From a virus: DNA of 64,000 nucleotides. A program made the position numbers and the translations under genes. Each line of letters starts with the position of its first letter. Position 1 is the first letter of the stretch. The notes under the pieces are model-generated. The model saw only the letters and a program-made list of their open reading frames with translations. It did not search any database and had not been told where the DNA came from. The stretch spans positions 32,001 through 96,000 of IMG/VR virus record IMGVR_UViG_3300047160_027173; one strand, written 5' to 3'. Shown piece by piece: positions 11,101 through 20,110 of this stretch.

Positions 11101-13980
11101 GTAGGGGCTGGCCGCGTAGAGGCGGTCGCTGTTGATGAAGTTCTCGATAGCCGGGCTGCGGACGGTGATGTCCAGGTACGTGGCCATGTTGTCGATGGTC
11201 GTCACGTGGCCGTTGTTGGTCTCCCTGAGCAGGGGGCCGGTGTCAGGCTTCGGCTGCAGGCCGACGAGAATGCTGCCGCTGTTGACGCCGGAAGCCGCCA
11301 GCAGACCGAACTCGTTGCTGGGGCTGACGACGGCGTTGATGGTGCCGACCTGGAAGGCCGGGGTGCCCGTGTCGGGGTTGGCGGCGAGCTGGGAGGCGAG
11401 GTGGCTGCTCTCGTTGAGGACGGCTGAGCTGACCGGCAGGCCCAGCTTGAAGCCTTCGTCGTTGCTGGCCACCAGGGCCATGGTGCCGCCCCCGGTGTGG
11501 AACTCGTTGGTGCGGACCCTGATGCGGTTGGTCCGGAAGACCTCGGCCGTGGCAGAGATCAGCTGGGCGTTGATGAGGGCCGCGAAGCTGGTGGCCGTGT
11601 AGGTGGTCGCGGCGCCCGTCGAGTCCTGGACGAAGACTCGCTGCAGCTGGGCGCTGGTCCTGACCAGGGTCACGGCGCCGGTCCGGAGGGTGTCGGTCTC
11701 GGAGCTGGACCAGGTGGCGGGCTGCTCGACCTCGACCCAGAAGAAGCTCGGGTCGACGCTGGCGATGCGGTAGGCGCCGCGGTTGGGCTGGCTGACGCCC
11801 AGGTCCTGGATGACGATCCAGTCGCCGTGCTGGGCGTTGGCGAAGACGGTCGTCGAGGCCGTCAGGCGGACCCGGAAGCCCCAGGATTCGGAGGTGGCGG
11901 AGAAGGCGAGGACGGTGCCCGCGCCCAGGCTGGACTTGAGGAGTTGGGCGTCGCCGTCGACGTCGAACCAGAGTTCGGCGCCGGTCTGGCCGCTGACTGA
12001 GGTGGCCTCGGCGGCGATGGTGACGGAGCCCAGGGCGGTGGACTGCAGGAAGGCCCGGGTCTCCAGGCTGCCCGCGGTCAGGCGGTCGCCGACGACGAGA
12101 ATTTCGCTGTCGTCGAGGCGGATCTGGCCCAGGTTGCGGTCCAGGGTGTAGTCGCTGTTCAGGCCCTGGGACATGCCCCGGCTGCCATCGGTGGAGAAGA
12201 CCTTGTTCGTGACCAGGGTGCCGCCGCCGATGACGAGGCTGGCGTTGGCGCTACGGCCGCGGTTGCTGGTGATGACGAGGCTGTCGGCGCTGACCGTGCA
12301 GGTGATGCCGGGGACGCGGAAGTTGAAGACGGCCGCCCAGGCGGCGATGCTGTCACCAGCCGAGAGGGTGGCGAAGCCCGTGCCGGCGTTGACGAAGTCG
12401 GCATCGGTGAAGGTGATGAAGCCCGGGGTGACGCCGTCCACGAGGGGGATGCCGTCCAGGGTCAGAGCCAGAGTCTGAGGACTGGACATTGCGCCCCACA
12501 GGCCCTGGGGATTGCCGACCAGGCTTGCCACCTGGCCGTCCTTGCTCAGCAGGCGGTCGTTCTTGTAGAGGCGCAGGGTGTCGATGCGGCCGGCGGGGAA
12601 GCCCAGGTAGGCGTTGGCGCCCGTGTCCAGGACCTCGATGTCCTCGTTGGTGTCGGCCTTGGCGCTGAGGGCGACCTGGGTGCCGTTGTTGGTCGGCTTG
12701 GCCTGGAAGAGCAGGGTCGAGTTGGCGTTGATGCTGGTGGCGACCTCGAAGGCGCTGGCGTTGCTGATGGCCCGGAAGTCGCTGGCTGAGAAGGTGTGGG
12801 CGCTGAGGACGCCACCGACCAGGACCGAGAGGGTGCTGACCTGGAGGTTGTAGGGGGCGCTGAGAAGGGTGATGTCCTGGGCCTTGCTGACGGGGCGGCC
12901 CTGGGCAAGCTGGAAGTACTGCTCGCCGCCGAGGGCGTCGTCGATGAGGACCTCGTAGGCCACGCCACCGGTGATCTCCTCGTAGCCGGTGCCGTCGTCG
13001 ATGTAGAGGGTGGTCGGGAAGTTCTCGCGGGTGACCACGGAGGCGCTGATGACGCGCTTGTTCTCGTCCAGGGCCGTGATGCCCAAGACTGCCGTCGTCA
13101 GGGCCAGCGGGGTGCCCCGGCTACGGCTCTGGCGGACGTCGCGGATGCGCTCCCGGTAGCTGTTGTCGTCCTCGTTGTCGAGGCCGTTCGTGAAGGGAGT
13201 GTCGTTGGTGACGGCGGCGCCCGTGAAGGGAGCCGTGACGAAGGCGTTGACGGTGCCAGCGGGCACATTGCCGATGGTACCTTCCTGGGTGGCCACGGCC
13301 GGGACAGAGGTGATGATGGTCTCGCCGTCGGGGATGAGGGCGTCGTACTGGGTGCTGAACTGGACGGCAAGGCTGGCGTTGCCCTGCGGGGTCTGGACCA
13401 GAGTGCCGGCGAGGATGGCCCGGTTACCGCCCTGGGCGACGACGACGGACTCGTTGAGGTTGTGGTACTTCTGGGTGTGGCTGCCGCCGGCCAGGTTCAG
13501 CACCCAAAAGTTCGTCATGTTGACTTTGCTGGTGTAGCTGAGCGGGCCCTCGTAGTTGACGGTACCGCGGCCGAGGTAGACAGCGCCCGAGGCCGGGAAC
13601 AGGCTGGCGTCGGTCACGTTGACCGTGGCCGAGCCCACGATGGGGGCGGGCTGACCGGGGAAGATCTTGGAGCTGATCTTCGTGAAGCTGGTGTCGGAGA
13701 TGGTCAGGGTACCGACGGCAGGCGTCTGGCCGATGCGGGCCGTGTCTTCGTCGGCGCCGATGTTGTCCAGGGCGAGTCCCGTGGCACGGTCCAGGCTCTG
13801 GCTGTCCAGGAGCTGGAAGATGTCCTGGCTCGAACGCAGGTCGGACTGAGCAGCGGCCTCGATGATGGAGAGGGCTGGGTTACCAACTTGCAATTTTGGG
13901 AGCCCCAGCTTCGAGAGAAGGGCGTTGATCATCGCGCCGCTAATCTGGCTGTAGCTACGCGGCACCGGGATCGTGGCCAT
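8107..13980 (-). CDS. Baseplate wedge protein (baseplate J-like), very large (1,957 aa)
   Basis: N-terminal J-like motifs (ATGLALDNIG; GTIGNVPAGT; GLDNEDDNSYRERIR) and a J-like C-terminus flank a ~1,400-aa beta-rich insert. Confidence 0.85.
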   Translation of the reverse strand: MATIPVPRSYSQISGAMINALLSKLGLPKLQVGNPALSIIEAAAQSDLRSSQDIFQLLDSQSLDRATGLALDNIGADEDTARIGQTPAVGTLTISDTSFTKISSKIFPGQPAPIVGSATVNVTDASLFPASGAVYLGRGTVNYEGPLSYTSKVNMTNFWVLNLAGGSHTQKYHNLNESVVVAQGGNRAILAGTLVQTPQGNASLAVQFSTQYDALIPDGETIITSVPAVATQEGTIGNVPAGTVNAFVTAPFTGAAVTNDTPFTNGLDNEDDNSYRERIRDVRQSRSRGTPLALTTAVLGITALDENKRVISASVVTRENFPTTLYIDDGTGYEEITGGVAYEVLIDDALGGEQYFQLAQGRPVSKAQDITLLSAPYNLQVSTLSVLVGGVLSAHTFSASDFRAISNASAFEVATSINANSTLLFQAKPTNNGTQVALSAKADTNEDIEVLDTGANAYLGFPAGRIDTLRLYKNDRLLSKDGQVASLVGNPQGLWGAMSSPQTLALTLDGIPLVDGVTPGFITFTDADFVNAGTGFATLSAGDSIAAWAAVFNFRVPGITCTVSADSLVITSNRGRSANASLVIGGGTLVTNKVFSTDGSRGMSQGLNSDYTLDRNLGQIRLDDSEILVVGDRLTAGSLETRAFLQSTALGSVTIAAEATSVSGQTGAELWFDVDGDAQLLKSSLGAGTVLAFSATSESWGFRVRLTASTTVFANAQHGDWIVIQDLGVSQPNRGAYRIASVDPSFFWVEVEQPATWSSSETDTLRTGAVTLVRTSAQLQRVFVQDSTGAATTYTATSFAALINAQLISATAEVFRTNRIRVRTNEFHTGGGTMALVASNDEGFKLGLPVSSAVLNESSHLASQLAANPDTGTPAFQVGTINAVVSPSNEFGLLAASGVNSGSILVGLQPKPDTGPLLRETNNGHVTTIDNMATYLDITVRSPAIENFINSDRLYAASPYSISPQDQLAVVIDGDTASKRFVQNMFRQGGTVGSTYGITMTLTDASQGGVSLAESFGTAMNWQDFAVFMPGRTKSDRVSSLDTTSTVLWRYKRLGPDGNDARIAYGYPLVASEPVLVRTNTFSDQYVDITVLLPSGAARTGTSLRNTSRIGVACTAGPDGNSLYDYQTVFNFLISSASRTQRLDYVAKVGIGWTAGETITGAVSGATAVIQVVGGAPGGANGSLILTAVLGAFINGETITGGGSGSTAQVSGTIYGMTSLLLTLPGAVTNHGLTVGEVIWTQSTDSNFATGAYTIAEVPGTIQVNYRENTNAVAGTPNIGTLSFDNQGEVSAGSSVVVGDIQSIVGGAFAANFQQAIKLTTADPHDTLGKSPVVGSVTGTLTWYLSGLNVSFFPLNTGASGIVAIAAAVNALTNSPVTAVAVGNGVSNSGVISDATYEAAVLGGANPWWYFSDGLNWVRSTNTPTLPANNFVFTLKDSVTAALATNSDWANERVFLVPITALNVVDFLSTPGPGGLFASAEVEVAAQGRHPQIASLTPGSVGSVQVQGGAANFLSAAVQGSAVDVASTYAVVSVDASDGASIYAQNWVRLQNAIAVPKANIDANTTLTSITLSTGVVVYNGAGTKAWTFANAGGAPIAGVTWQIEKQGRFVAFVYVAGSSPNLSGVSEGDWVNVSDTLSGPGIVSSVNQGFFRIVRIDNTAKTFWVENPNVLEETQIADLAFLTYDSIVPKDLLVINTPIWGRANIGTWVVRSIDLATINPGFGNNQWQYTLESVGANQSAVAALGANAPLIQVVEKLPSSLIKQILAVSPNQANPALVDVKFTTDAGFTKVTEAAGTLLLSLDKLGFPSSTATGIDGYRHSLGLIQEANKVSYGLESDPTTYPGIVAAGANVNIEGPLVRRVQVSLALRVQSGINSTDIINQVQSAVASTVNQTGVGLPVAISAIVDAAMSVNGVNAVTVLSPTYGPGNDLISVQPFEKALVLNLADDVLVSFVGT

Positions 13981-14507
13981 TAGCGTACCCCGCCTTTACG
14001 GACGTTGTCCGAATGCCAGAGGGGCTGCAGATTCGTGTAGTGGCAGGCTTCCAAAAGTTGCATCCGATCAGTCAGGTTGAAGGCAGACAGCGGCTTGATG
14101 TGGTCAATGCTCCACTGGCCGGGTTTCACGCCCCGGTTTTCCCAGGTCATGCCTGGCAGGAACTTAGATTCGAGGTGGGCCATGAGTTCTTGAACAGTGC
14201 ATCCGAGATCCCGAACAGCCGACCCCGGAGCCTTCTTCAGAGCGTGATGGAGACGAGTCCGTAGATTGTCCGCAATCCGCCTTTGCGGCTTCTGCTTTTG
14301 CTTCTTACGAGCAGCCCTCATTGAGAGACCATAGGCCTCTGAAGCCAGGTACGTCTGCCCCTTCTCTGATGCCAGGTAACGAGCCTGAGCCGCTGCGCTC
14401 TCAGCCCTTCTTCCACTCTGGTAGACCCTGAAACAGGCCTTACACCAGCGCTGACCGGCATGAAAGGCCGTCAAGGGCAGATCCAATTGGCAGTGGCTGC
14501 AGGTCAT
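13980..14507 (-). CDS. HNH/endonuclease VII-like homing endonuclease
   Basis: CxxC...CxxC zinc finger, then 'GMTWENRG...WSIDHIKPL...HYTNLQPLW..DN..K'. Lower GC than neighbours and overlaps both flanking genes. Confidence 0.85.
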   Translation of the reverse strand: MTCSHCQLDLPLTAFHAGQRWCKACFRVYQSGRRAESAAAQARYLASEKGQTYLASEAYGLSMRAARKKQKQKPQRRIADNLRTRLHHALKKAPGSAVRDLGCTVQELMAHLESKFLPGMTWENRGVKPGQWSIDHIKPLSAFNLTDRMQLLEACHYTNLQPLWHSDNVRKGGVR

Positions 14508-17017
14508 TGCCTGACCTCAACACTGATGGGAAGGCTCTTGTTGACGCCAGCGATCTGGACGCCGAAAGTGATGCGGGCCGAGGGGCCGTTCTTGACGATG
14601 CTGACGTCGTTGATGCCAGCGAAGGTCGGGTTGCCCTTGAGGAGGTTCTTGTACGTGGCCAGCATGTCCCGGGCCGTGACTTCGGCCGTGGACTCGCCCA
14701 GGAGGGGTGGGGTACCGTACTCGGGGTGGTGGAGCAGGGTGCCCTGAGGGGTGCTGAGGACGAGCTTGACGGTCTGGATGATGTTCGTCAGGCCCACGGC
14801 CAGGCGGCCACCGCCGTCCGGGGTGATGACGAGGTCGTTGTCCTGGGTCAGGAGCAGGTCGACGCCACCGACCCGGACCAGGGGGTCGAAGTAGTTCACG
14901 CCGGGGATGCTCTTCTCCCGGAAGTCGTCCTGGTCGGGCTCGACGTCGCTGGGGATGTAGAGCTGCTGGAGGCTGTTGACGGTGTTCGGGGCGAAGGCCT
15001 GCAGGTAGGCCTGGTCGTTGACCCTGTACACGGACAGATCGGGGTCGCCGTTGACGTGAACCAGGCTCAGGTCGGGGCTGATGACGTGGATGGCCGTGAC
15101 CCGGCGCTGGGTGCGGAGGGCGGCACGGCTGCCAATCCAGACCAGCTGGGACGTGAAGAGCTGGCTGCTGTCGGCTACGGCGATGACGTTGCCGTTGCCG
15201 TTGGCAGCCAGGGGCAGCTGGAAGCCGACCTCGTCCACGAAGGGGTCTTCGAGGCCGTTGAGGGCGGCGATCTCATGCCAGCGGTCAGGGGTGCCCAGGT
15301 AGAGCAGGCTGAGCTTCTCCAGGGTGTAGCCGTACGGGAACGGGACCAGGAACTTGCCAGCGGGGGTAGTGAAGGCGATACCGGACTGGGTGGCCAGGCC
15401 CGCGATGAAGTCGATGCTGTTGACCTCGTCCCGGTTGATGGTGGAAGAGGCGGCCAGGGCTTCGAGCTGGAGGATGGTCTCGTTGAGGCCGTAGATGGTC
15501 TGGAAGTCGTCGCTGGTCGGGGTCCGGACCGGAGGCCTCACGGGCAGGCTATAGGTGGCCGTGAAGGTCGGGTCGCCGAGGCCCACACTCTGCTCGAAGT
15601 CTGCCAGGAGGGCCTGGATGTTCTTGACCATCTGCTCGAAGTTCTCGCGCTTGAGCTGTCGGACGTGGTTCTTCTCGTCGGCGATCTTCTTCTGCGTGCT
15701 GGCTCGAAGCTGCAGGGCTCCGGGGTTGACGGCGTCGTAGAAGAAGAAGTTGTTCAGGGGGTCGGCGCTGATCTTGTTGGCCGGGGCCGCGCTCTGGTTG
15801 ACGGTGGCTACGCTGGCCTGACCGGCGCTGGTCGTGGCCTTGAGGCTGCTGACGGCCAGGTTCTGCCAGGCGGTGAGACTAGCCGCCGGGGCCGCGCTGG
15901 CCTGGAGGAAGGTGGCGCCGCTCGTGCCCTGCGTGTTGATGGCCTCCAGGATGGGCTCCTTGAGGTCGGACTGGATGTTCGCGGGCAGGTCGGCGGCGGT
16001 GTTGATGACCCCCTGAAAGTCCTTGACGAAGAGAGTGGCCTGGCGAACGGGCTCGAAGAGGACCTGGTGAACGTCGGCACGGATGCCCTGGAGGACGTTC
16101 TTAGCGCCTTCGAGGATGCGGCGGCTGTTCCGGAGACCGTTGAGAATGGCGGCCATGATCTGCGGACTGCGGGCGGCAGGCTGCAGATTGAAGAGGGGGT
16201 TGTTCTGGTTGTTGGGCTTGATTCTCTTCCAGGCCTTGAATTGGAGTCCGTAATGGTACTCCCAGGGACTGGCCGCTGAGCGCTGCATCTCGAAGCTCAT
16301 CGGCGAGACCAGGTAAAGCTCCTGGTCCTTCCAGAGGGCCAGGCCCAGAATCCAGTTACGACCGGCGGTGGTCTTTTTGAAGTTGGTGTAGCTCTCCAGG
16401 AAGCGGCGCAAGAGCTGGAACTGGTAGTAGCCGGTGCCGGTGCCGACGTCAGCGCTGCTGTCGTCGACGACGTTGCTGGCGACGGTGTTGCCGATGAGGC
16501 TGTTGACGGCGTTGCTGATCTGCTGGACACCGCTGAGTGTACCGGCGAAGACGGACTGAACCGGACCCAGGAAGCTGCCCAGAGCCTGGCCGCTGCTTCC
16601 CGGGTTGCCGCGGAGAGGGAGGACGCCCGTGGACCCCTGGATGGCGATCATCCGAATGGGGGCGGCGTTGTGCTCTTCGATGATGCCGCCCAGAGTCGGG
16701 GTCGTGACCACGGCCCAGGGCACGCTGATGCTCAGGGCCTCGGGAGGCACGGGCAGCGTGAAGGGCGGAATCTCGCTGTCGTCCCGAACCCAGTCCTGAC
16801 CCTGGCGCTGCAGGAGTACGAGCTGGTAGGGGAACTGCTTGTTCCAGAGAGTGCTGTCCAGGGTCGCGTAGTCCCAGAACCGGCGATCCTGCAGCTCCTT
16901 CTTGGACTGGGCAGCGTTCTCGATGGCGCCGTTGCTCTGCTGAGCGATCTGCGCAGCCGTCAGATGCTGCTTGACGTCGCCAGGTGCCAGGGATGCGATG
17001 GACGAGAACAAAGACAT
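14504..17017 (-). CDS. Baseplate protein with LysM-like segment and C-terminal gp25-like domain
   Basis: 'TLEKLSLLYLGTPDRWHEIAALNGL' is LysM-like. 'GLTNIIQTVKLVLSTPQGTLLHHPEYG' is gp25-like. Position in the baseplate cluster. Confidence 0.75.
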   Translation of the reverse strand: MSLFSSIASLAPGDVKQHLTAAQIAQQSNGAIENAAQSKKELQDRRFWDYATLDSTLWNKQFPYQLVLLQRQGQDWVRDDSEIPPFTLPVPPEALSISVPWAVVTTPTLGGIIEEHNAAPIRMIAIQGSTGVLPLRGNPGSSGQALGSFLGPVQSVFAGTLSGVQQISNAVNSLIGNTVASNVVDDSSADVGTGTGYYQFQLLRRFLESYTNFKKTTAGRNWILGLALWKDQELYLVSPMSFEMQRSAASPWEYHYGLQFKAWKRIKPNNQNNPLFNLQPAARSPQIMAAILNGLRNSRRILEGAKNVLQGIRADVHQVLFEPVRQATLFVKDFQGVINTAADLPANIQSDLKEPILEAINTQGTSGATFLQASAAPAASLTAWQNLAVSSLKATTSAGQASVATVNQSAAPANKISADPLNNFFFYDAVNPGALQLRASTQKKIADEKNHVRQLKRENFEQMVKNIQALLADFEQSVGLGDPTFTATYSLPVRPPVRTPTSDDFQTIYGLNETILQLEALAASSTINRDEVNSIDFIAGLATQSGIAFTTPAGKFLVPFPYGYTLEKLSLLYLGTPDRWHEIAALNGLEDPFVDEVGFQLPLAANGNGNVIAVADSSQLFTSQLVWIGSRAALRTQRRVTAIHVISPDLSLVHVNGDPDLSVYRVNDQAYLQAFAPNTVNSLQQLYIPSDVEPDQDDFREKSIPGVNYFDPLVRVGGVDLLLTQDNDLVITPDGGGRLAVGLTNIIQTVKLVLSTPQGTLLHHPEYGTPPLLGESTAEVTARDMLATYKNLLKGNPTFAGINDVSIVKNGPSARITFGVQIAGVNKSLPISVEVRQ

Positions 17018-17024
17018 AGGGGGA

Positions 17025-18116
17025 TTAGTCGCTTAGATTGACCTTAGACAGGTACGTGCTGGCCATGCCCTCGAAGCTGGCGGCGGCGCTGGCGATGGTG
17101 TTCATGGCCGTGGCGACCTGAGCCAGGGCCTGAGCGGCGGCCTGGAAGAAGGGCTTGGCGCTGGGCAGCGTGGACTGGCTGCTACCGGCGCTGATCTGGG
17201 CGCTGGCCGTGTTCAGGGCCCCACTAGCCTGGGCACAGGCCCTGTTGATGGCGTCGTTGAGCTGCTTCTGGGCGGCCCGGAACGTGGTGCCGAGCATGGT
17301 CGCGTCCGTGGCCGCACCCGTGAGCACGCCCGCAGACCTGAGGACGATGTTGTCCGTGGCCGTGACGTTGAAGGCTGCCGAGGTCTTGAAGCTGGCGTCG
17401 TCCTGAACGGTCCAGGTCAGGGCGTTCTTGGTCTGGCCCTCGAAGTCGTCGGTGAGGATGCTGAGTTTCTTGTTCTCGTGGTCGAGGAAGACGAACTGGT
17501 CTTCCTGGGGGGTCGAGGACTTGATGCCACCAGTCTTGGTGAAGAGGATGGTGCTGCCTTCGGCGTTGGGGTCGGCGTCCTTGGTCAGGGCTCCGTAGAC
17601 GGTGGTGGCGCCGCGAAACATGAACTGGAGCTGGCCGTCCTTGTCCACGGTCTGCTGGGCGCCGTTGAACTCCCAGAAGTAGTTGTGGCCCTGGTTGGTG
17701 TCCACGCCCTGGGGGAGATCCCGGCTGGCGTTGCTATCGCGGACGCCGCCGATGATGAAGGCGCGGCTCTGCTCGCCGTCGATGCAGAGCAAGAGGACCT
17801 TGGCGCCGACGCCAACAGTATCCTGGTCCGGATTCCCGGTTCGGAGCGTGTACCGACAGAGGTCTGCGGCGGAGCCGAAGATGTTGACGAGCTGGCAGGT
17901 GTGGTAGCGGATAGTGGTCCTGGCGCCGAAGCCATCCTTGCCGGTGACGTCCACGTAGTACTCGATGAAACGCCCGTTCTGATTCTTGTCGTTGTCCGGG
18001 TAGAGCAACACCTTGACCTCTCCGTAGCGGAGGGTGATGTTGGTCTGGAAGCCGTTGTCCTTACTCAGGCCCACGGGAGCACTGCTCAGGTAGCTGGGGA
18101 TGATGACGCCGTCCAT
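17025..18116 (-). CDS. Baseplate central spike-like protein (gpV/gp5-type)
   Basis: OB-fold-like N-terminus (VGAKVLLLCIDG...FIIGG) followed by beta repeats. Located after the hub gene. Confidence 0.65.
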   Translation of the reverse strand: MDGVIIPSYLSSAPVGLSKDNGFQTNITLRYGEVKVLLYPDNDKNQNGRFIEYYVDVTGKDGFGARTTIRYHTCQLVNIFGSAADLCRYTLRTGNPDQDTVGVGAKVLLLCIDGEQSRAFIIGGVRDSNASRDLPQGVDTNQGHNYFWEFNGAQQTVDKDGQLQFMFRGATTVYGALTKDADPNAEGSTILFTKTGGIKSSTPQEDQFVFLDHENKKLSILTDDFEGQTKNALTWTVQDDASFKTSAAFNVTATDNIVLRSAGVLTGAATDATMLGTTFRAAQKQLNDAINRACAQASGALNTASAQISAGSSQSTLPSAKPFFQAAAQALAQVATAMNTIASAAASFEGMASTYLSKVNLSD

Positions 18117-20110
18117 TACTGGCTCCCGGGGTCCTTGATGTTGCCGGGGCGAACACTCAAGTCGGCAGCGGGCTGGCTGCCCTGGTCACTGGTGATGCCC
18201 GGATTGAAGGTGCTCTCATCGCTGGGCAGTAGGAAGCTGTAGATGCCCATGTCGGGGTTGCCCGCCGTATCCCGCAGGGGGTTGGTCCGAATGCCGTGAG
18301 AAAGGCTCAGGCCCGTGTTGAAGACCTTCATGCCGTTGCCGTCGATGCTGCAGCTGTGGTTGATGGCCTCGATGTGGTAGGTATCGCCATCCCACTCGAC
18401 GTTGTCACCGATGCAGACCGGAGCCTGGATGCCGAGTGAGTTCATGGTGCCGGTCATGGTCATGTGCTGCCCCATGAGGAAGTCGCTGAGGACGTTCATC
18501 CACTTACCAGCGCTGTGGTTGATGACGTCACCGACCCAGATGGGTACCGTGGCCATGTACGGGCGCAGGCCCGAGCGGCTGATGTCGAGGTCGTCACGGA
18601 TGGGCGGGTTGAAGATGATCTGAATCTTGTCAAAGCCCGGCGTGGCGCAGTTGCCGTAGACGTGGACGAAGTTGAAGCGGAGGGCGTCGCTGCGGCCGAC
18701 GTCGACGTGGTTCACCAGGACCGGGTCAATGCCCCAGGTGGGGAGGTTCAAGTACCTGGTCGTGAACAGGGTGCGGTCAAGGTCCAGGCCTGCGCTCTCG
18801 TCGGCGGCATTCCCGGAGTTCAGGTTCAGGCCTGCGCTCTCGTCGGACGGGTCGGCCGTGTCGATCCCAGAGCGAGTGTTCAACTTGGCCACGAAGCGGT
18901 CCGTGGTGAACGGGAACTGGCGGGCGATGAACGTCGGCATGACCCGACCGTCCTGGTTCACGCGCAGGGTCATGTACATCTCGTTGATGCCCGGGTTCAG
19001 GTACTGGCGGAGGATGGACCAGACGGGGACGTTGTTGAACTGGGGGGCCTGCGGGAGAACGTCGCCCAGCAGGGGCTGAGTCGTCAGGCGCCGGTTGCCG
19101 AGCTGCTGAAGGTTCTCGGGCATGAAGGCGGCGGCGATGGCCAGGTCGGCGTTGGAGCCGCCCTTGTTCACGTCCTGCGGCCCCAGGCTCCCGGCCGTGG
19201 ACTGGCCGTCGTACTGCTGGATGCCGATGGTGGTCTCCAGGATGTCGGCGAAGGCGACGATGCCCCTGGGGCTGGTGCCGGAGATTCCCAGGCACTGAGC
19301 GACCAGGGTGGGAACTCCATAGGCGAAAGTGGCATCGGAGTCGCTGTTCTGAGTCCTGGCTTCGAGACCAGCGGTGGCCTGCTGGCCGACGGCTCCGCCG
19401 TGGCCCTCGCCGCGGGGGATGCCGCGGCCCAAGAGGAGGTCGATGATGTAGGGCAGGGCCTTGTTGATGTCGATGCCCCGCTGTCCTTCACGGATGAGCT
19501 TGCTGATGTCCGCATCGAGGTGACCCCAGAGCAGGCCCAGGGCCTTGGTCTGATCGGCGAGGAGCGGATCGTAGAAGATCTGCGCGTCCATCTCCTGGAA
19601 GCCGGTACCGGTCAGTGCGTACCGGACCTGGCGGTGACCGCTAGCTGCCTGGTCCAGAGACTTGCGGATGCTCGACACCCGGCCGACGAACTTGAGACCG
19701 TCCCGGAAGCCGTTCAGGGGCACACCGCCCTGGGCGCCGATGCCGGTCATGCGCTGGAGGACGTCCTGGAAGTCCTGGTCGTTGGTGAACATCCAGGCCA
19801 TGCACCAGTCGCCGGGGAAGATCTCGGACTCGTAGTTGATGCCAGGGGCCAGCGTCGCCGACATCTGCGGAGTGTGCTGGCTCTTCGCCATCTGGACCTG
19901 CAGCTGCAGGCAGTCACCGGTGATGATGAGGGGCTTGCCGCGGATTTCTAGACCCGGTGGATAGTTGGTCGTGAAGCTGTTCTGGTTCTGGCGGCTGTAC
20001 GTGGCCGGGTAGCGGAACCTGAAGACGCAGACCACCCAGTTTGCCGACTGAGAGACGTAGTCGGCTCCGGGCTGTGCTCCGTAGTCTGCGACGCATTCGT
20101 AGGTGGCCAT
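18116..20110 (-). CDS. Baseplate hub-like protein (gp27/gpD-type)
   Basis: Follows the tape-measure-like gene. C-terminal 'GTMNSLGIQAPVCIGDNV...YHIEAINHS....FNTGLSL' is typical of hub proteins. Confidence 0.65.
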   Translation of the reverse strand: MATYECVADYGAQPGADYVSQSANWVVCVFRFRYPATYSRQNQNSFTTNYPPGLEIRGKPLIITGDCLQLQVQMAKSQHTPQMSATLAPGINYESEIFPGDWCMAWMFTNDQDFQDVLQRMTGIGAQGGVPLNGFRDGLKFVGRVSSIRKSLDQAASGHRQVRYALTGTGFQEMDAQIFYDPLLADQTKALGLLWGHLDADISKLIREGQRGIDINKALPYIIDLLLGRGIPRGEGHGGAVGQQATAGLEARTQNSDSDATFAYGVPTLVAQCLGISGTSPRGIVAFADILETTIGIQQYDGQSTAGSLGPQDVNKGGSNADLAIAAAFMPENLQQLGNRRLTTQPLLGDVLPQAPQFNNVPVWSILRQYLNPGINEMYMTLRVNQDGRVMPTFIARQFPFTTDRFVAKLNTRSGIDTADPSDESAGLNLNSGNAADESAGLDLDRTLFTTRYLNLPTWGIDPVLVNHVDVGRSDALRFNFVHVYGNCATPGFDKIQIIFNPPIRDDLDISRSGLRPYMATVPIWVGDVINHSAGKWMNVLSDFLMGQHMTMTGTMNSLGIQAPVCIGDNVEWDGDTYHIEAINHSCSIDGNGMKVFNTGLSLSHGIRTNPLRDTAGNPDMGIYSFLLPSDESTFNPGITSDQGSQPAADLSVRPGNIKDPGSQ

